Positions 17,752-27,933 of a stretch of 35,629 nucleotides of DNA are shown one piece after another. The position numbers were made by a program, and so were the translations under genes. The notes below the pieces were generated by a model. The model searched no databases. It was not told where the DNA came from and was given only the letters and a program-made list of their open reading frames with translations. Numbering within the stretch: the first letter of the stretch is position 1; each line of letters starts with the position of its first letter. Source of the stretch: a virus (taxonomy: Duplodnaviria > Caudoviricetes); the IMG/VR virus record IMGVR_UViG_3300008255_000275, positions 1 to 35,629 of that record. One strand, given 5' to 3'.

Positions 17752-20700
17752 GTGTCGGATAAATTTACTATGGGTGCGGAAATGACCATACGAAACAATT
17801 TTAGCAGTCCTATGTCCGAGGCTACCAGAGATACGGAAGCCTTTAAAAGAACGACCGAAAGCACAAACAGCGCTGTAGGTTCCTTTGTCAATACGACGAC
17901 AGCTTCCACCCAGGCGACGCAACAATTTACAGACGCCTTACAGGAAGCCGCCAACGCGACACAGGAAACGAACGCAGCTACACAGGAAGCTACCACTAAT
18001 TTTAACCGCTGGAAAACTTCCATGCAGCAATTTAACAGGGGTACAGAAACCCTAAAGAATATACCGAATACTATACGGCAGATAGCACGGTCCAAGCTGG
18101 ACGGGTTAGAAAATTCGATTATCAGTACCCGGCTACAGGCTGGTCTGTTAGTAGGTGGAATTAAGACCCTGGCGAAAACCAAAATATCAAATGCGGTTAA
18201 TGGCTTTAAGGAATTTAAAGACACCATAACCGAAGGCGAAAGCGGCTTATCCGGGTTTACTAAAGGCTTAAAGAATATCGGAAAAATAAGTATCGCAAAT
18301 ACCTATAACACCATGAAGAACTTAACTTCTAAAGTGAAGGAATTCGCCGGGACTAAGATATCGGGTATTACGAACAAACTTAAAGATTTTAAGAATAACG
18401 CGTCTGGTGGCGAAAGCGGCGTAAAAGGCTTATGGAACGCACTTAAAAACGCGGCCAGTGTAAGCTTTTCGTCGGTTCATAATGGACTATCGAAAATCGG
18501 TAATATCGCTTCTTCGGCTGGTTCCAAAGTGGCTAAAGGCTTCGGTAGTATAGCCATGGGAACCGTAAAAGGTTTAGGTATTGCTACAGGTGCTTTAGCT
18601 GCTGGCGCGGCGGCTGCTGGTGCTGGAATATTCAAACTTGCGAACATGGCCAGCGACTTATCAGAAAGTACTAACGTTGTTTCTGCTACGTTCGGCGAAC
18701 AAAGCGTATCGGGTATGACAAAGTGGGCGCAAAGTATGGCCGACCTGGCGGGTGTATCTGAAACATATGCCACTACCTGGGTAGGTTCTATGGGTGCCAT
18801 GCTTAAAACGTCTGGTATAGCCGAAAAAGAACTACCTGGAATGTCACAAAGCTTAGTACAACTATCCGGGGACCTGGCTTCTTTCTATAACCTGGACAAC
18901 GAAGACGCCTGGACTAAGATACGTAGCGGTATCAGTGGCGAAACTGAACCACTGAAACAGTTAGGTATTAACATGAGCGTCGCAAACATGGAAGCTTATG
19001 CACTATCTAAAGGTATTACGAAGTCCTATAATGCTATGTCGCAAGCGGAACAGACCCAGCTTAGATACAATTATCTTATGGGTGTAACCGCCGACGCACA
19101 AGGCGACTTCGCGAAAACCTTAGACGGTTCACTTTCAAACCAGTTAAGAGTATTAGGGCTTAACTTTAAAACAGCTGGAACGAACATAGGTAAAATATTT
19201 ATGCCAGCGGTATTAGGTGGCGCTAAGGCTTTAAATGGCTTTCTAAAAGAAGCTAACGAAGTACTGGCCGACGGGTGGCAAGACGGCGACGCTACGAAAA
19301 TAGCGGATATATTTACACGTATGTTAGATACTGGCGTCAACGCCTTAGAAAAGGGTTTACCGAAGCTGGTTAACACTATAGTACCAATTATTAACACTTT
19401 CGCGGGGGCAATACTAAAAGCCCTTCCAGCTGTAGTACCTGTGTTATTAAAAGGCGCTGTACAGGTTCTTACCAGTATAATAGACCTTATTAAGGCAAAT
19501 ACGCAGCCGTTAATATCGTTAGCCGTTAGCATAGTAACCAGTTTAGCAAGCTTCTTACTGGACGCTGTACCACAGATTATACTAATCGGTATGGACATAC
19601 TTTTAGGCTTTATCGAAGGTATTGTAAACGCCTTACCGACGTTGATACCTGTAGCAATTACCGCAATACAAACCCTGGTAAATGGTTTAATTAGCCGTAT
19701 GGATATGATTATACAATCGGCTTTAACTATCATCATGGGGTTAGTTAACGGACTACTACAGAACCTTCCACGGCTGATACAAGTAGCCTTCCAGCTATTA
19801 CAGGCTATCGTAAGCAGCATACTAAATAATATACAGCTGATTATAAACACAGCTTTAACGCTTATAACGACCCTGGTACAAGGGTTACTACAGAACTTAC
19901 CGCTATTGATAAACGCAGCTATCCAGTTATTTATGGGTATTCTTAGCGGACTACTACAGAACTTAGACCTAATTATCCAAGGGGCTATAACCCTAATAAC
20001 GACGCTGATAACGACCTTAATACAAAACTTACCTATGCTTATCCAAATGGGCGTACAGATTATCGTAGCTTTAATAGGTGGTCTTATCCAAGCTATTCCG
20101 CAGTTAATCGCTGCTATACCACAGCTTGTAGGGGCTATCATTGATACGATTATGAGTACGAACTGGTTACAAGTAGGCTGGGATATTGTAAAAGGCGTCG
20201 GTAAAGGATTGTTAGATGGTATTAAAGGCTTCTTCGGTGGTGGTGAAAAGGGCGGCCAAGAAATGGCCCAAGGCGCGGCCACTGGGTTAACTAACAACAT
20301 GGGAACGGTTAGCGCTGCTTCCCAGGCGACAGCTAATACAATTACAACCGGTTTACAGCCAGACTACAGTGTTATAGGTGGTTACGGCGCTACTGCTACT
20401 ACTACCCTGGCCGACGGCTTTACGGCTAATTCTACAATAGCTGTAGACGCCGCTAAGGTTACGGGACTTGACGCTATGACAGGCTTATCTACTGGTTTAA
20501 CTGACAACATGGGACTTACTACGGACGCAGCTACCACGATTACTACGGATATGACAGCAACCTTTAACGATATAGACCTATTCCCTACTGGTAAAAACGC
20601 TATGGAAGGTCTTAACAAAGGTTTATTGTCTATGAAGGGTACGTTAATGGTTACGGCCCGTAGCATGGCTAACAGTATTAGAAACGAAATAAACAGCGCG

Positions 20701-21069
20701 CTTGATATACACAGCCCTTCGCGGGTTATGGAAGAAAGCGGCGAATACACAGGCGAAGGCTTAATCGTTGGTATCAATAAAATGATAAGCAAGGTTAAGG
20801 AAGCCGCCAGAGGTTTAAGCGACAGTACGATAGAACCGTTCGCTACTTCTTCGGCAAGTCAAAGCTCTATTAGCCCAAGCGGTACCGTACCGACACCAAG
20901 TAGAAGAAGCGAAGGCCTACGTATACAGATTGAAAATATTATACTAAGCGACGTCGGAAACAAGAACCCGAAAGAACTTGTAGCAGAAATCCTAAAACTG
21001 CTATACGAAGAACTAAGCGGAGCCGACGAGGTACTAAGCGCTGGGGAAATGGGGGCGTTATTGACATGA
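17752..21069 (+). CDS. Tape measure protein
   Basis: 1105 aa, DLASFYN...SGISGETEPLKQLGI, amphipathic Leu/Ile/Gln repeats, LDIHSPSRVM. Confidence 0.92.
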   Translation: MSDKFTMGAEMTIRNNFSSPMSEATRDTEAFKRTTESTNSAVGSFVNTTTASTQATQQFTDALQEAANATQETNAATQEATTNFNRWKTSMQQFNRGTETLKNIPNTIRQIARSKLDGLENSIISTRLQAGLLVGGIKTLAKTKISNAVNGFKEFKDTITEGESGLSGFTKGLKNIGKISIANTYNTMKNLTSKVKEFAGTKISGITNKLKDFKNNASGGESGVKGLWNALKNAASVSFSSVHNGLSKIGNIASSAGSKVAKGFGSIAMGTVKGLGIATGALAAGAAAAGAGIFKLANMASDLSESTNVVSATFGEQSVSGMTKWAQSMADLAGVSETYATTWVGSMGAMLKTSGIAEKELPGMSQSLVQLSGDLASFYNLDNEDAWTKIRSGISGETEPLKQLGINMSVANMEAYALSKGITKSYNAMSQAEQTQLRYNYLMGVTADAQGDFAKTLDGSLSNQLRVLGLNFKTAGTNIGKIFMPAVLGGAKALNGFLKEANEVLADGWQDGDATKIADIFTRMLDTGVNALEKGLPKLVNTIVPIINTFAGAILKALPAVVPVLLKGAVQVLTSIIDLIKANTQPLISLAVSIVTSLASFLLDAVPQIILIGMDILLGFIEGIVNALPTLIPVAITAIQTLVNGLISRMDMIIQSALTIIMGLVNGLLQNLPRLIQVAFQLLQAIVSSILNNIQLIINTALTLITTLVQGLLQNLPLLINAAIQLFMGILSGLLQNLDLIIQGAITLITTLITTLIQNLPMLIQMGVQIIVALIGGLIQAIPQLIAAIPQLVGAIIDTIMSTNWLQVGWDIVKGVGKGLLDGIKGFFGGGEKGGQEMAQGAATGLTNNMGTVSAASQATANTITTGLQPDYSVIGGYGATATTTLADGFTANSTIAVDAAKVTGLDAMTGLSTGLTDNMGLTTDAATTITTDMTATFNDIDLFPTGKNAMEGLNKGLLSMKGTLMVTARSMANSIRNEINSALDIHSPSRVMEESGEYTGEGLIVGINKMISKVKEAARGLSDSTIEPFATSSASQSSISPSGTVPTPSRRSEGLRIQIENIILSDVGNKNPKELVAEILKLLYEELSGADEVLSAGEMGALLT

Positions 21070-21755
21070 TAGGAATTGATGTAGATATTACGATTAAGGC
21101 CGACAATGATTATCTAAACATTCCCGTAATTCCAGCGCAGCTAAGCTATGACGACGGAAGCGCTACACCTGTTACGGTATCCATATTGCAATTAGGCGAC
21201 GTGGACTTCCATAACGGCGTAGCGCTTGATACGTTAAGCTGGTCCTGTTTCTTCCCGGCAAGATATGACGCTGGGTACTGTAAAACGACTAAGCTACTGA
21301 CGCCAACAAGCTACAGAAATAAATTAAGTGGCTGGAAGGACAGCGGGGCTAAGTTACAAGTAATTATACCGTCGGCGGGAATAAATAAGGCTATGAAAAT
21401 ATCGTCTTTCAAGTGGGTTTTTAAAGGCTTCGAAGGCGATTTATACTACGACTTAGTCTTAAAGGAATACAAAGAAATAAAGCCTATACAGGTGGAAGCG
21501 AAAAAGGTAGTAATATCTAATCCACGACCAGCGGCCCCAGCGCCTACAGCGGCAATTAAGAAAGGCGACAAGGTCCAGTTTAACGGCGGACCCGTTCACA
21601 CTTCGGCTAACGCTGCTAAGGTAGCCGTAAACAGGAAATCGGCGGTATGTAAGTGTACTAACACGTACAGCGGGAAACACCCCTACCACCTTATCCACGA
21701 AAGCGGCGACCGGGTTTATGGCTGGGTGGACGCTTCCAACTGTACGAAGCTGTAA
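21066..21755 (+). CDS. XkdP-like tail-tube initiator with C-terminal SH3-like domain
   Basis: IPVIP, SWSCFFPA, GDLYYDLVLKEY; last ~66 aa match the endolysin middle domain. Confidence 0.75.
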   Translation: MIGIDVDITIKADNDYLNIPVIPAQLSYDDGSATPVTVSILQLGDVDFHNGVALDTLSWSCFFPARYDAGYCKTTKLLTPTSYRNKLSGWKDSGAKLQVIIPSAGINKAMKISSFKWVFKGFEGDLYYDLVLKEYKEIKPIQVEAKKVVISNPRPAAPAPTAAIKKGDKVQFNGGPVHTSANAAKVAVNRKSAVCKCTNTYSGKHPYHLIHESGDRVYGWVDASNCTKL

Positions 21756-21767
21756 GGGGGTCGGTTT

Positions 21768-22766
21768 ATGATTAAGATTACTATAGGCGGGTCTGATTAT
21801 ACGGCCGTCTTAGCAAGCGAACCGACAATAACGGACCAGCTAAACGCGAATTGTAGGATACTAAAATTTAGCGTAGAACAGCTGAAAAACCCACAGCTTT
21901 TAGTCGGTTACAAATCGGAACTTTTTTATAATGGCGTCCGTTGGTTTACTGGCGACGTAAAAAACCACCGTATCACGGCCACAGGTAACATAGAATACCA
22001 GGTTAACGACCCCTTATTCTTCTTATCGAAGAACCCGGACGACTACTACTTTAAGAACCAAACAGCAACACAAATTATTAAGTCTATGGCGGATAAATGC
22101 GGCGTAAAGGTGTCTTCCCTGGCTAACACCGGGGCGGTCTTCCCTTACCTGTATTATCCTGGGGCTTTACCAGAAAAGATAGCCATAGACGCACTGGCAC
22201 GAACAAAAAACGCCAATGGTAAAAAGTACTGGTTTAGGTATGACCCGGTAAAAGATGGGATTACCCTATTTGAACGGCTTATACCAGCTAAACTATGGGC
22301 CTTTCAGTTAGGCGTCAACTTACTAAGCGCAAGTAAAACCGACAGCATAGACGAACTTTGTAGCACTGTAAAGCTTGTAAACCGTGAAACGGGTAAGGTA
22401 GTTACGAAAACGAACGCCGACGCCCAGGCACGTTACGGCAAAACGCAGCACTTCGAAGAAGTCAACAAAGACACCAAAGACGTAGACGGCAATGCTAACG
22501 AACTACTGGCTAAGCTTTCGAAGGTTACTACTACTATGAATATGGCAGCTGTAAACCCCGACGGCGTTATGAACCAGTTTTACACAGGCGACGCCATCTA
22601 CGTAGAAGAACCTAATACAGGTATGGTAGGCGGTTACTATATACAGAACGTTATACATACCTTTAGGGCGAAAGACTTAATACAATTAGACTTTGATTTA
22701 CTAAATGCGCCAGACCTTCCAGCTATTCAATTTGAGGACGCGACGGACGCAAGCAAGAAAAGGTAA
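21768..22766 (+). CDS. Baseplate hub (XkdQ-like)
   Basis: YYFKNQTATQII, YGKTQHFE, GGYYIQNVIHTF. Confidence 0.8.
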   Translation: MIKITIGGSDYTAVLASEPTITDQLNANCRILKFSVEQLKNPQLLVGYKSELFYNGVRWFTGDVKNHRITATGNIEYQVNDPLFFLSKNPDDYYFKNQTATQIIKSMADKCGVKVSSLANTGAVFPYLYYPGALPEKIAIDALARTKNANGKKYWFRYDPVKDGITLFERLIPAKLWAFQLGVNLLSASKTDSIDELCSTVKLVNRETGKVVTKTNADAQARYGKTQHFEEVNKDTKDVDGNANELLAKLSKVTTTMNMAAVNPDGVMNQFYTGDAIYVEEPNTGMVGGYYIQNVIHTFRAKDLIQLDFDLLNAPDLPAIQFEDATDASKKR

Positions 22767-22777
22767 GGGGGTGCGGA

Positions 22778-23260
22778 ATGGATAAAGCGGTAGACCTACT
22801 AAAGCTACTTCGTGGTAACAATGGTAAAGACGGCGTTAGCGGTGAAAATAGCGGGCTTCGTATTATTCGAGCCGTTACCACTGACCCGAACCCTGTTACA
22901 TTTGTTTTCGAAGGTACCAGTTTAGCGCTGGATATAGACGTCTTCGAAATACCTATTAATTTATACCCTATATGCGCTGGCGATAGGTTTTTAACAAGTC
23001 CTATAGTGGGACACAATGCCCAGCGTTGGGGTGTAATCTCCAAAATTAATAAAGGCTTCGTTACCGGGATAATGCAAAGCGGTACCACTTGCAAGGTAGA
23101 CGGAATAGGAAGGACGTATACAAGCGCCGACCTACTAATCCCTTCGTATGTACCCGAAGACATATACGGTAATCGAAGTCTTAAAACTGGGGACACTGTA
23201 GTACTGCTTCCTACCTTAGTGGGTAGTAAAGTCAAGTACGCAATTTTAGAACACTACTAA
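22778..23260 (+). CDS. Baseplate spike (XkdR/DUF2577-like)
   Basis: Position; LKTGDTVVLL...YAIL. Confidence 0.6.
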   Translation: MDKAVDLLKLLRGNNGKDGVSGENSGLRIIRAVTTDPNPVTFVFEGTSLALDIDVFEIPINLYPICAGDRFLTSPIVGHNAQRWGVISKINKGFVTGIMQSGTTCKVDGIGRTYTSADLLIPSYVPEDIYGNRSLKTGDTVVLLPTLVGSKVKYAILEHY

Positions 23261-23273
23261 GGGGGTGGAATTT

Positions 23274-23696
23274 ATGGCAGACGAAAGAAAAACGCCCGTC
23301 TTTGACTGGGAAGCTATGGACTTCGCCGTAGGTATCGGTGGCGTCGTAAAAGTCGCTACAGGAACCGAAGCAGCCGCCCAGTTAATACAGAAAGCCGAAA
23401 ATACGCAGTTAGGAAAATATAGCGTATACGGCGACCTGGAAGACCTTACGAAAAATCATATATACGGTAGTAGGGTCCACGACGTCGCGGTAAGACAAGA
23501 CCTTTCCGAAGCTGTAAGGCTTTCAGAAATTGAACGCGAAGCCGTAGAAGCCATCATATACGACCCATGGGTAAATGAAGTAACCGAAGTATCGGCTTAC
23601 AATCAAAAGGACAGCGACGGCGTAACCCGTACGTATTTAGACTTAACAGTAGATACGGTCTTCGGTTCAATCTCTATAGAGGGGGTGGAAACATAA
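23274..23696 (+). CDS. Baseplate wedge protein (XkdS/DUF2634-like)
   Basis: FDW...DF, YGS, EIERE..EAIIYDP, VDTVFG. Confidence 0.75.
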   Translation: MADERKTPVFDWEAMDFAVGIGGVVKVATGTEAAAQLIQKAENTQLGKYSVYGDLEDLTKNHIYGSRVHDVAVRQDLSEAVRLSEIEREAVEAIIYDPWVNEVTEVSAYNQKDSDGVTRTYLDLTVDTVFGSISIEGVET

Positions 23697-24874
23697 TGGC
23701 AACAAGACCCGAATTTACACCGCGGTTCGTGGAAACGGCTACGGCTATAAGGGAACGAATGTTAGGTAATATATCTGACGAATGGCGTAAAGAAAAAGGC
23801 GACTTCATGTATGACGCTATAGACGCTAACCCGGCCGAAATAATAGACCTTGAAATGAACCAGGATAGAGTTTTACAAAACGCCTTTCCGCAATACTGCG
23901 AAGACGAATATATGGACCTGTTCCTACAATCAAGAGGACTGGAACGTATCCAGGCGACCTACAGCGTTAGGACATTGAATATTGAAGCTGACGCGGGCGT
24001 CCGTATTCCGAAAAGCTATACCTTTACTTCGGTAGTCTTAGACGAAGACGGAAACCCTATAGAATTTACGGCGAACCTGGAAACTATATTCGCTGTAGAA
24101 GCCACTGTACAGGAAGTCCGTATCACGTGTAAGCTTGCTGGGGTTATAGGAAATCTGGCTACTGGTTCGGAATTCGTACTACAGCCACCTATACCCGGTA
24201 TTCGAGGTATTGTAGATACGGGCGTAATTATTCCAGGGGCAGAAAAAGAAACATTAGACGCAGCCTGGACCAGGTACTTAGAAAAGGTGGCTAACCCGGA
24301 TACTGGCGGAAACAGAAACGACTATAAGCGCTGGGTACTAAACGACTTCTTTAAGGCGGCTGGTGTAACCATAGGTAAGGTTATCGTCGAAATGTGCTGG
24401 GATAAGTCAAACGGACAAGACGGTCGCGGAACCGTGCGCGTTATATGCGCTGGAAGCGACTTTAAACCATTAAGCCAGGAAGTAATAGACTTACTACAGG
24501 AATACCTGGACCCTATCCCATACCAGGGCTACGGCTACGGTAAAGCGCCTGGCGGTTCCTTTGTTACGGTTATTACAGGCGTAACGAAAAGTATTGATAT
24601 AGCCGCAACGGTATCATATGGCGTTAACGTGGACCCAGCGGCGGTACTTACAGCCTTTAGAAAATCGGTAACCGACTATATACAATCTAAAGTATTTGAA
24701 ATAGACCCGGCTACCGAACTACTATACCCTATCGCTTATAACAAGATAGGCGCCCTTTTAGGTAATACCGAAGGGGTGGAAAACTACGGTAACCTAACCG
24801 TAAATAACGGGACTACAGATATTGTATTAGACTACTTCGATATTCCCGAAGTTGGGACGGTGACGCTTACATGA
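23696..24874 (+). CDS. Baseplate J-like protein (XkdT)
   Basis: G.FMYDA, GAEKET, GGNRNDYKRW, GRGTVRV, GVENY. Confidence 0.9.
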   Translation: MATRPEFTPRFVETATAIRERMLGNISDEWRKEKGDFMYDAIDANPAEIIDLEMNQDRVLQNAFPQYCEDEYMDLFLQSRGLERIQATYSVRTLNIEADAGVRIPKSYTFTSVVLDEDGNPIEFTANLETIFAVEATVQEVRITCKLAGVIGNLATGSEFVLQPPIPGIRGIVDTGVIIPGAEKETLDAAWTRYLEKVANPDTGGNRNDYKRWVLNDFFKAAGVTIGKVIVEMCWDKSNGQDGRGTVRVICAGSDFKPLSQEVIDLLQEYLDPIPYQGYGYGKAPGGSFVTVITGVTKSIDIAATVSYGVNVDPAAVLTAFRKSVTDYIQSKVFEIDPATELLYPIAYNKIGALLGNTEGVENYGNLTVNNGTTDIVLDYFDIPEVGTVTLT

Positions 24875-25563
24875 CACAGATTATAATTATTAGCGACCGT
24901 ACCGAAGGAATGGTAGACGCTTCGGCGGATTACTACCAGGAAAGTAGAGTATTTAACGCTATACAAAACGCCCAGGCGTTAGAGTATGACCGAATACAAG
25001 AGAATAACAAAGACTTAGCCCTACAGCTATCGCCTAAGACGGCGACCTGGGGGCTTGTTTTTTGGGAAGCTTCCGTCGGTCTATCCCCTAACCCTTTAGG
25101 CGATTACGACAGTCGTAGGCCGTCCGTATTATCACGTTTAGCGAATGAAGAAAACTTCGGCGCCGCTATGGTTCATAATCTGGCAGCGAACTACGACGAA
25201 AAAATCCGCGTTGAAATTGATACGGCTATCTGTTTAGTAACTGTTATCTTCCAGCGTGGCGTACCGACGTTTTTAGAAACCTTTAAGGAAGCGCTAAGCA
25301 ACATCATACACGCGCATTTAGGTGTAGAGTATAAATTTGACTACCATATAGAAACAGGTATCGAAGTAGAAACAGCCTATAGCCGTTATGTATATAGTCT
25401 TCCGAAAGCTGGGGGCGCTACTTTATGCGGTACCCTTCCTTCAATAGCTGTAAGCGCCCTGGTTTATGCTACGGACATTACTACAGACGAAAACGGCGGA
25501 CTAACGGAAAAGACCTACGAATTATGTAATCAAATTTATAGCGGGGGTGAAACAATAGCATGA
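24871..25563 (+). CDS. Baseplate protein (XkdU/YmfQ DUF2313-like)
   Basis: TATWGLVFWE, IIHAHL. Confidence 0.8.
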   Translation: MTQIIIISDRTEGMVDASADYYQESRVFNAIQNAQALEYDRIQENNKDLALQLSPKTATWGLVFWEASVGLSPNPLGDYDSRRPSVLSRLANEENFGAAMVHNLAANYDEKIRVEIDTAICLVTVIFQRGVPTFLETFKEALSNIIHAHLGVEYKFDYHIETGIEVETAYSRYVYSLPKAGGATLCGTLPSIAVSALVYATDITTDENGGLTEKTYELCNQIYSGGETIA

Positions 25564-25859
25564 TAACAATTAACGGTATTCAAAAATTCGCTAAAGCTAT
25601 GGCGAATATTGTTTCGAAAGGAACATACACCGTAGGCGGCGTAACAAAAGACTTACCTATCCACAGTACTAAGGTCGAAGGCGACACGTTCTACGTTAAC
25701 CTGTACTTAGACGATACGGTAGTCGGAAATATCACAAATACGAAGCTTTACGACTACGAAGGAACGATATTAGCAGATAGACCAGACAGCATAGTAAAGC
25801 CCGCAGAAAAAGGTCTGTTAATCGTTTATAAATTTAAGTTAAGTGAGGTGACACCATAA
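25560..25859 (+). CDS. Small tail/baseplate-fibre connector
   Basis: Translationally coupled; beta-rich 99 aa, KLYDYEGTILA. Confidence 0.55.
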   Translation: MITINGIQKFAKAMANIVSKGTYTVGGVTKDLPIHSTKVEGDTFYVNLYLDDTVVGNITNTKLYDYEGTILADRPDSIVKPAEKGLLIVYKFKLSEVTP

Positions 25860-26413
25860 TGACAGAATTTGAATTATTCCAATGGCTGGACCACGTCATA
25901 GACGGAACCCAGACATACACGCTACAGGAAGTCGTAGGAAGCCCAGGCCATTATAAGCTGGTAGCTGACCCGGTAACTGTAGTACAGCAAGGTACGCCCC
26001 TTAGCCAGTCAAAACTGGGCGCTATGAACGACGGTATAGCCTTTTCCCACTTCGTAGAAGGTAGTATCATAGGCGAACTAATGCAAAAGCTGGGGGTTAT
26101 GCGAAACGACAGAATTGTAGACTTCCAGAAAAGGCTTGTACAAGGGTCCGCAGTAATTACCGGGACACCTGGGAATTATCTTTCTACGGAATACCCTTTC
26201 GTACTTGTATCACTACCTACGGGAAGCCAGTACGCGCAGACTAATACCCCTAACTACGACGTCAATTTAAGCGTAATTAGCGCCGACGATATGAACGCCA
26301 TAGGTAATTTAGAGGTATACGACAAAGCCAGTAACGGCTTTAAAGTCCGATATACTGGAAGCGCTAAGACTGTTTCGTTTAACTGGACTATCATAAACAC
26401 CAAAATAATTTAA
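25859..26413 (+). CDS. Proximal tail fibre protein
   Basis: WLDHV...QQGTPLS..KL..M..GI N-terminus; C-terminal DKASNGFKVRYTGSA. Confidence 0.6.
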   Translation: MTEFELFQWLDHVIDGTQTYTLQEVVGSPGHYKLVADPVTVVQQGTPLSQSKLGAMNDGIAFSHFVEGSIIGELMQKLGVMRNDRIVDFQKRLVQGSAVITGTPGNYLSTEYPFVLVSLPTGSQYAQTNTPNYDVNLSVISADDMNAIGNLEVYDKASNGFKVRYTGSAKTVSFNWTIINTKII

Positions 26414-26427
26414 GGGGGTAAGAACCT

Positions 26428-26796
26428 ATGAAAATTCAACACGTAAACACAGGTACGAAAGCTACCTATAAGGTTAACGGTAATTTGCTAAACCTGGCAG
26501 TACCGGGCGTCCCTTCTATCACGCTTGACCTTAACGAAGAACTAAAAGACACCGCCAGCGTCGTAGACGTTAGCCTTAACCAGGGCTTTACGCAGTTAGA
26601 ACGCGGCGTAGGAAACTGGTATATCGCAAGTATCAAAATACCAGCAAGGGAATACGACTTAGTCGAAACTGGTGAAGTAGACGAAGAAGGCTGGCCGATT
26701 ATGCAAGAAGAAGCTTTACCTGTAGATATGCGCGACGTCGTACTTTGTCTATGGGGTATCCCAGATATAGCAATTACAGAAAGTGAGGTAATTTAA
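26428..26796 (+). CDS. Tail fibre adaptor/hypothetical protein preceding DGR target
   Basis: AAGGGGG RBS; one base from the target gene start. Confidence 0.55.
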   Translation: MKIQHVNTGTKATYKVNGNLLNLAVPGVPSITLDLNEELKDTASVVDVSLNQGFTQLERGVGNWYIASIKIPAREYDLVETGEVDEEGWPIMQEEALPVDMRDVVLCLWGIPDIAITESEVI

Positions 26797-26797
26797 T

Positions 26798-27871
26798 ATG
26801 CCATTTACATTTTCAATGAAAGACACTTATAGGCAAGCCGTAGAAGCGGCCAGCGGTGGAAAACAAACCGTACTTTACGACGACAAGGGTATCCCTTCGG
26901 TTATGAACATCATACCGAAACTTACCTACAAAGACGTCGGAATAGGTACAAGCGAAACAGCCCTTCCAGCTTTTATTAAGAACGGCGTAGTACTACCAGA
27001 AATCTTTATCGGTACGTATATGGCTAATGTACACGACGGTAGGGCGTACAGTCTTCCGGGACAGGTTCCTAAGGTTTATACTACGGCGGACCAGGCTATC
27101 GCCTACGCAAGGGCTAAAGGCGCTGGCTGGCACTGTGTAACAAACGCCGAATATGCAGCTATCGCTTTATGGTGTAAGAAGAACGGTTACTACCCACGTG
27201 GTAATAACAACTACGGCAGCGACCATGGCGCGACACACGAAAAATGTAGACCGGGAACCGTAGGCGGTGACGGTAGAATTAACTTAGGTCTTACTGGTTC
27301 GGGTCCTTCTTCATGGACACACGACGGAACGCCTAACGGTATCTATGGACTTAACGGCGACGCTTACGAATGGGCTATCGGCGTAAGAACTGTAGACGGA
27401 GAAATTCAAGTATTGGAAAATAACAACGCTGCTATGGATAACGCAGACCTTACCGTAGGTAGTGTAGCCTGGAAGGCAATTTTACAAGACGGTACATTAG
27501 TCGCACCTGGTACAGCGAATACCCTTAAATTTGACGCTACAGGCGTTAACGGCGCTGGTACGTCTAAGCTTAATACGGTAATAACTTCGGTATCCGACGG
27601 AACGACTTACGCCGCAGCGCAATTTAAAGATACAGCTGTAGCGGCGGGCGTAACAGCGCCCGACATTCTTAAAGCTTTAGGTCTGTACCCTATGGATACT
27701 ACGGACCATGGCGGGGACTACCTTTACACAAGAAATGTAGGCGAAAGGTTCTTCTATCGTGGTGGCAATTGGCATGGCACTTCCGCTGCTGGTGTCTTCT
27801 ATGCGTATGGCGGTTACCCGCGTTCGAATTCGTTTGACTCTATCGGGTTCCGCGTCGCTTTTGCTGTATAA
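26798..27871 (+). CDS. DGR target protein: Mtd-like receptor-binding protein, C-type-lectin/FGE-sulfatase fold
   Basis: GWHCVTNAEY, GIYGLNGDAYEW, RGGNW...GFR C-terminus carrying the VR; last tail gene. Confidence 0.9.
   Translation: MPFTFSMKDTYRQAVEAASGGKQTVLYDDKGIPSVMNIIPKLTYKDVGIGTSETALPAFIKNGVVLPEIFIGTYMANVHDGRAYSLPGQVPKVYTTADQAIAYARAKGAGWHCVTNAEYAAIALWCKKNGYYPRGNNNYGSDHGATHEKCRPGTVGGDGRINLGLTGSGPSSWTHDGTPNGIYGLNGDAYEWAIGVRTVDGEIQVLENNNAAMDNADLTVGSVAWKAILQDGTLVAPGTANTLKFDATGVNGAGTSKLNTVITSVSDGTTYAAAQFKDTAVAAGVTAPDILKALGLYPMDTTDHGGDYLYTRNVGERFFYRGGNWHGTSAAGVFYAYGGYPRSNSFDSIGFRVAFAV
27746..27859 (+). repeat. DGR variable repeat (VR)
   Basis: 114 nt ungapped match to 28323-28436, 13 mismatches, all opposite TR adenines. 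Confidence 0.97.
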
Positions 27872-27898
27872 CTGAAATCTGTTTACTGAATATCTGAA

Positions 27899-27920
27899 TA
27901 GCGAACGATAGTGAGCGCTA
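27899..27920 (+). other. Hairpin downstream of VR (candidate DGR target-recognition element)
   Basis: TAGCG...CGCTA enclosing GCGAAC-GATA-GTGAGC, 40 nt after the VR. Confidence 0.55.
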
Positions 27921-27933
27921 AGGGGGTTACATT

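Noticed and set aside
19071-20300. 409-aa minus-strand ORF
   Set aside because: Antisense shadow of the repetitive tape measure gene; no RBS or independent features.
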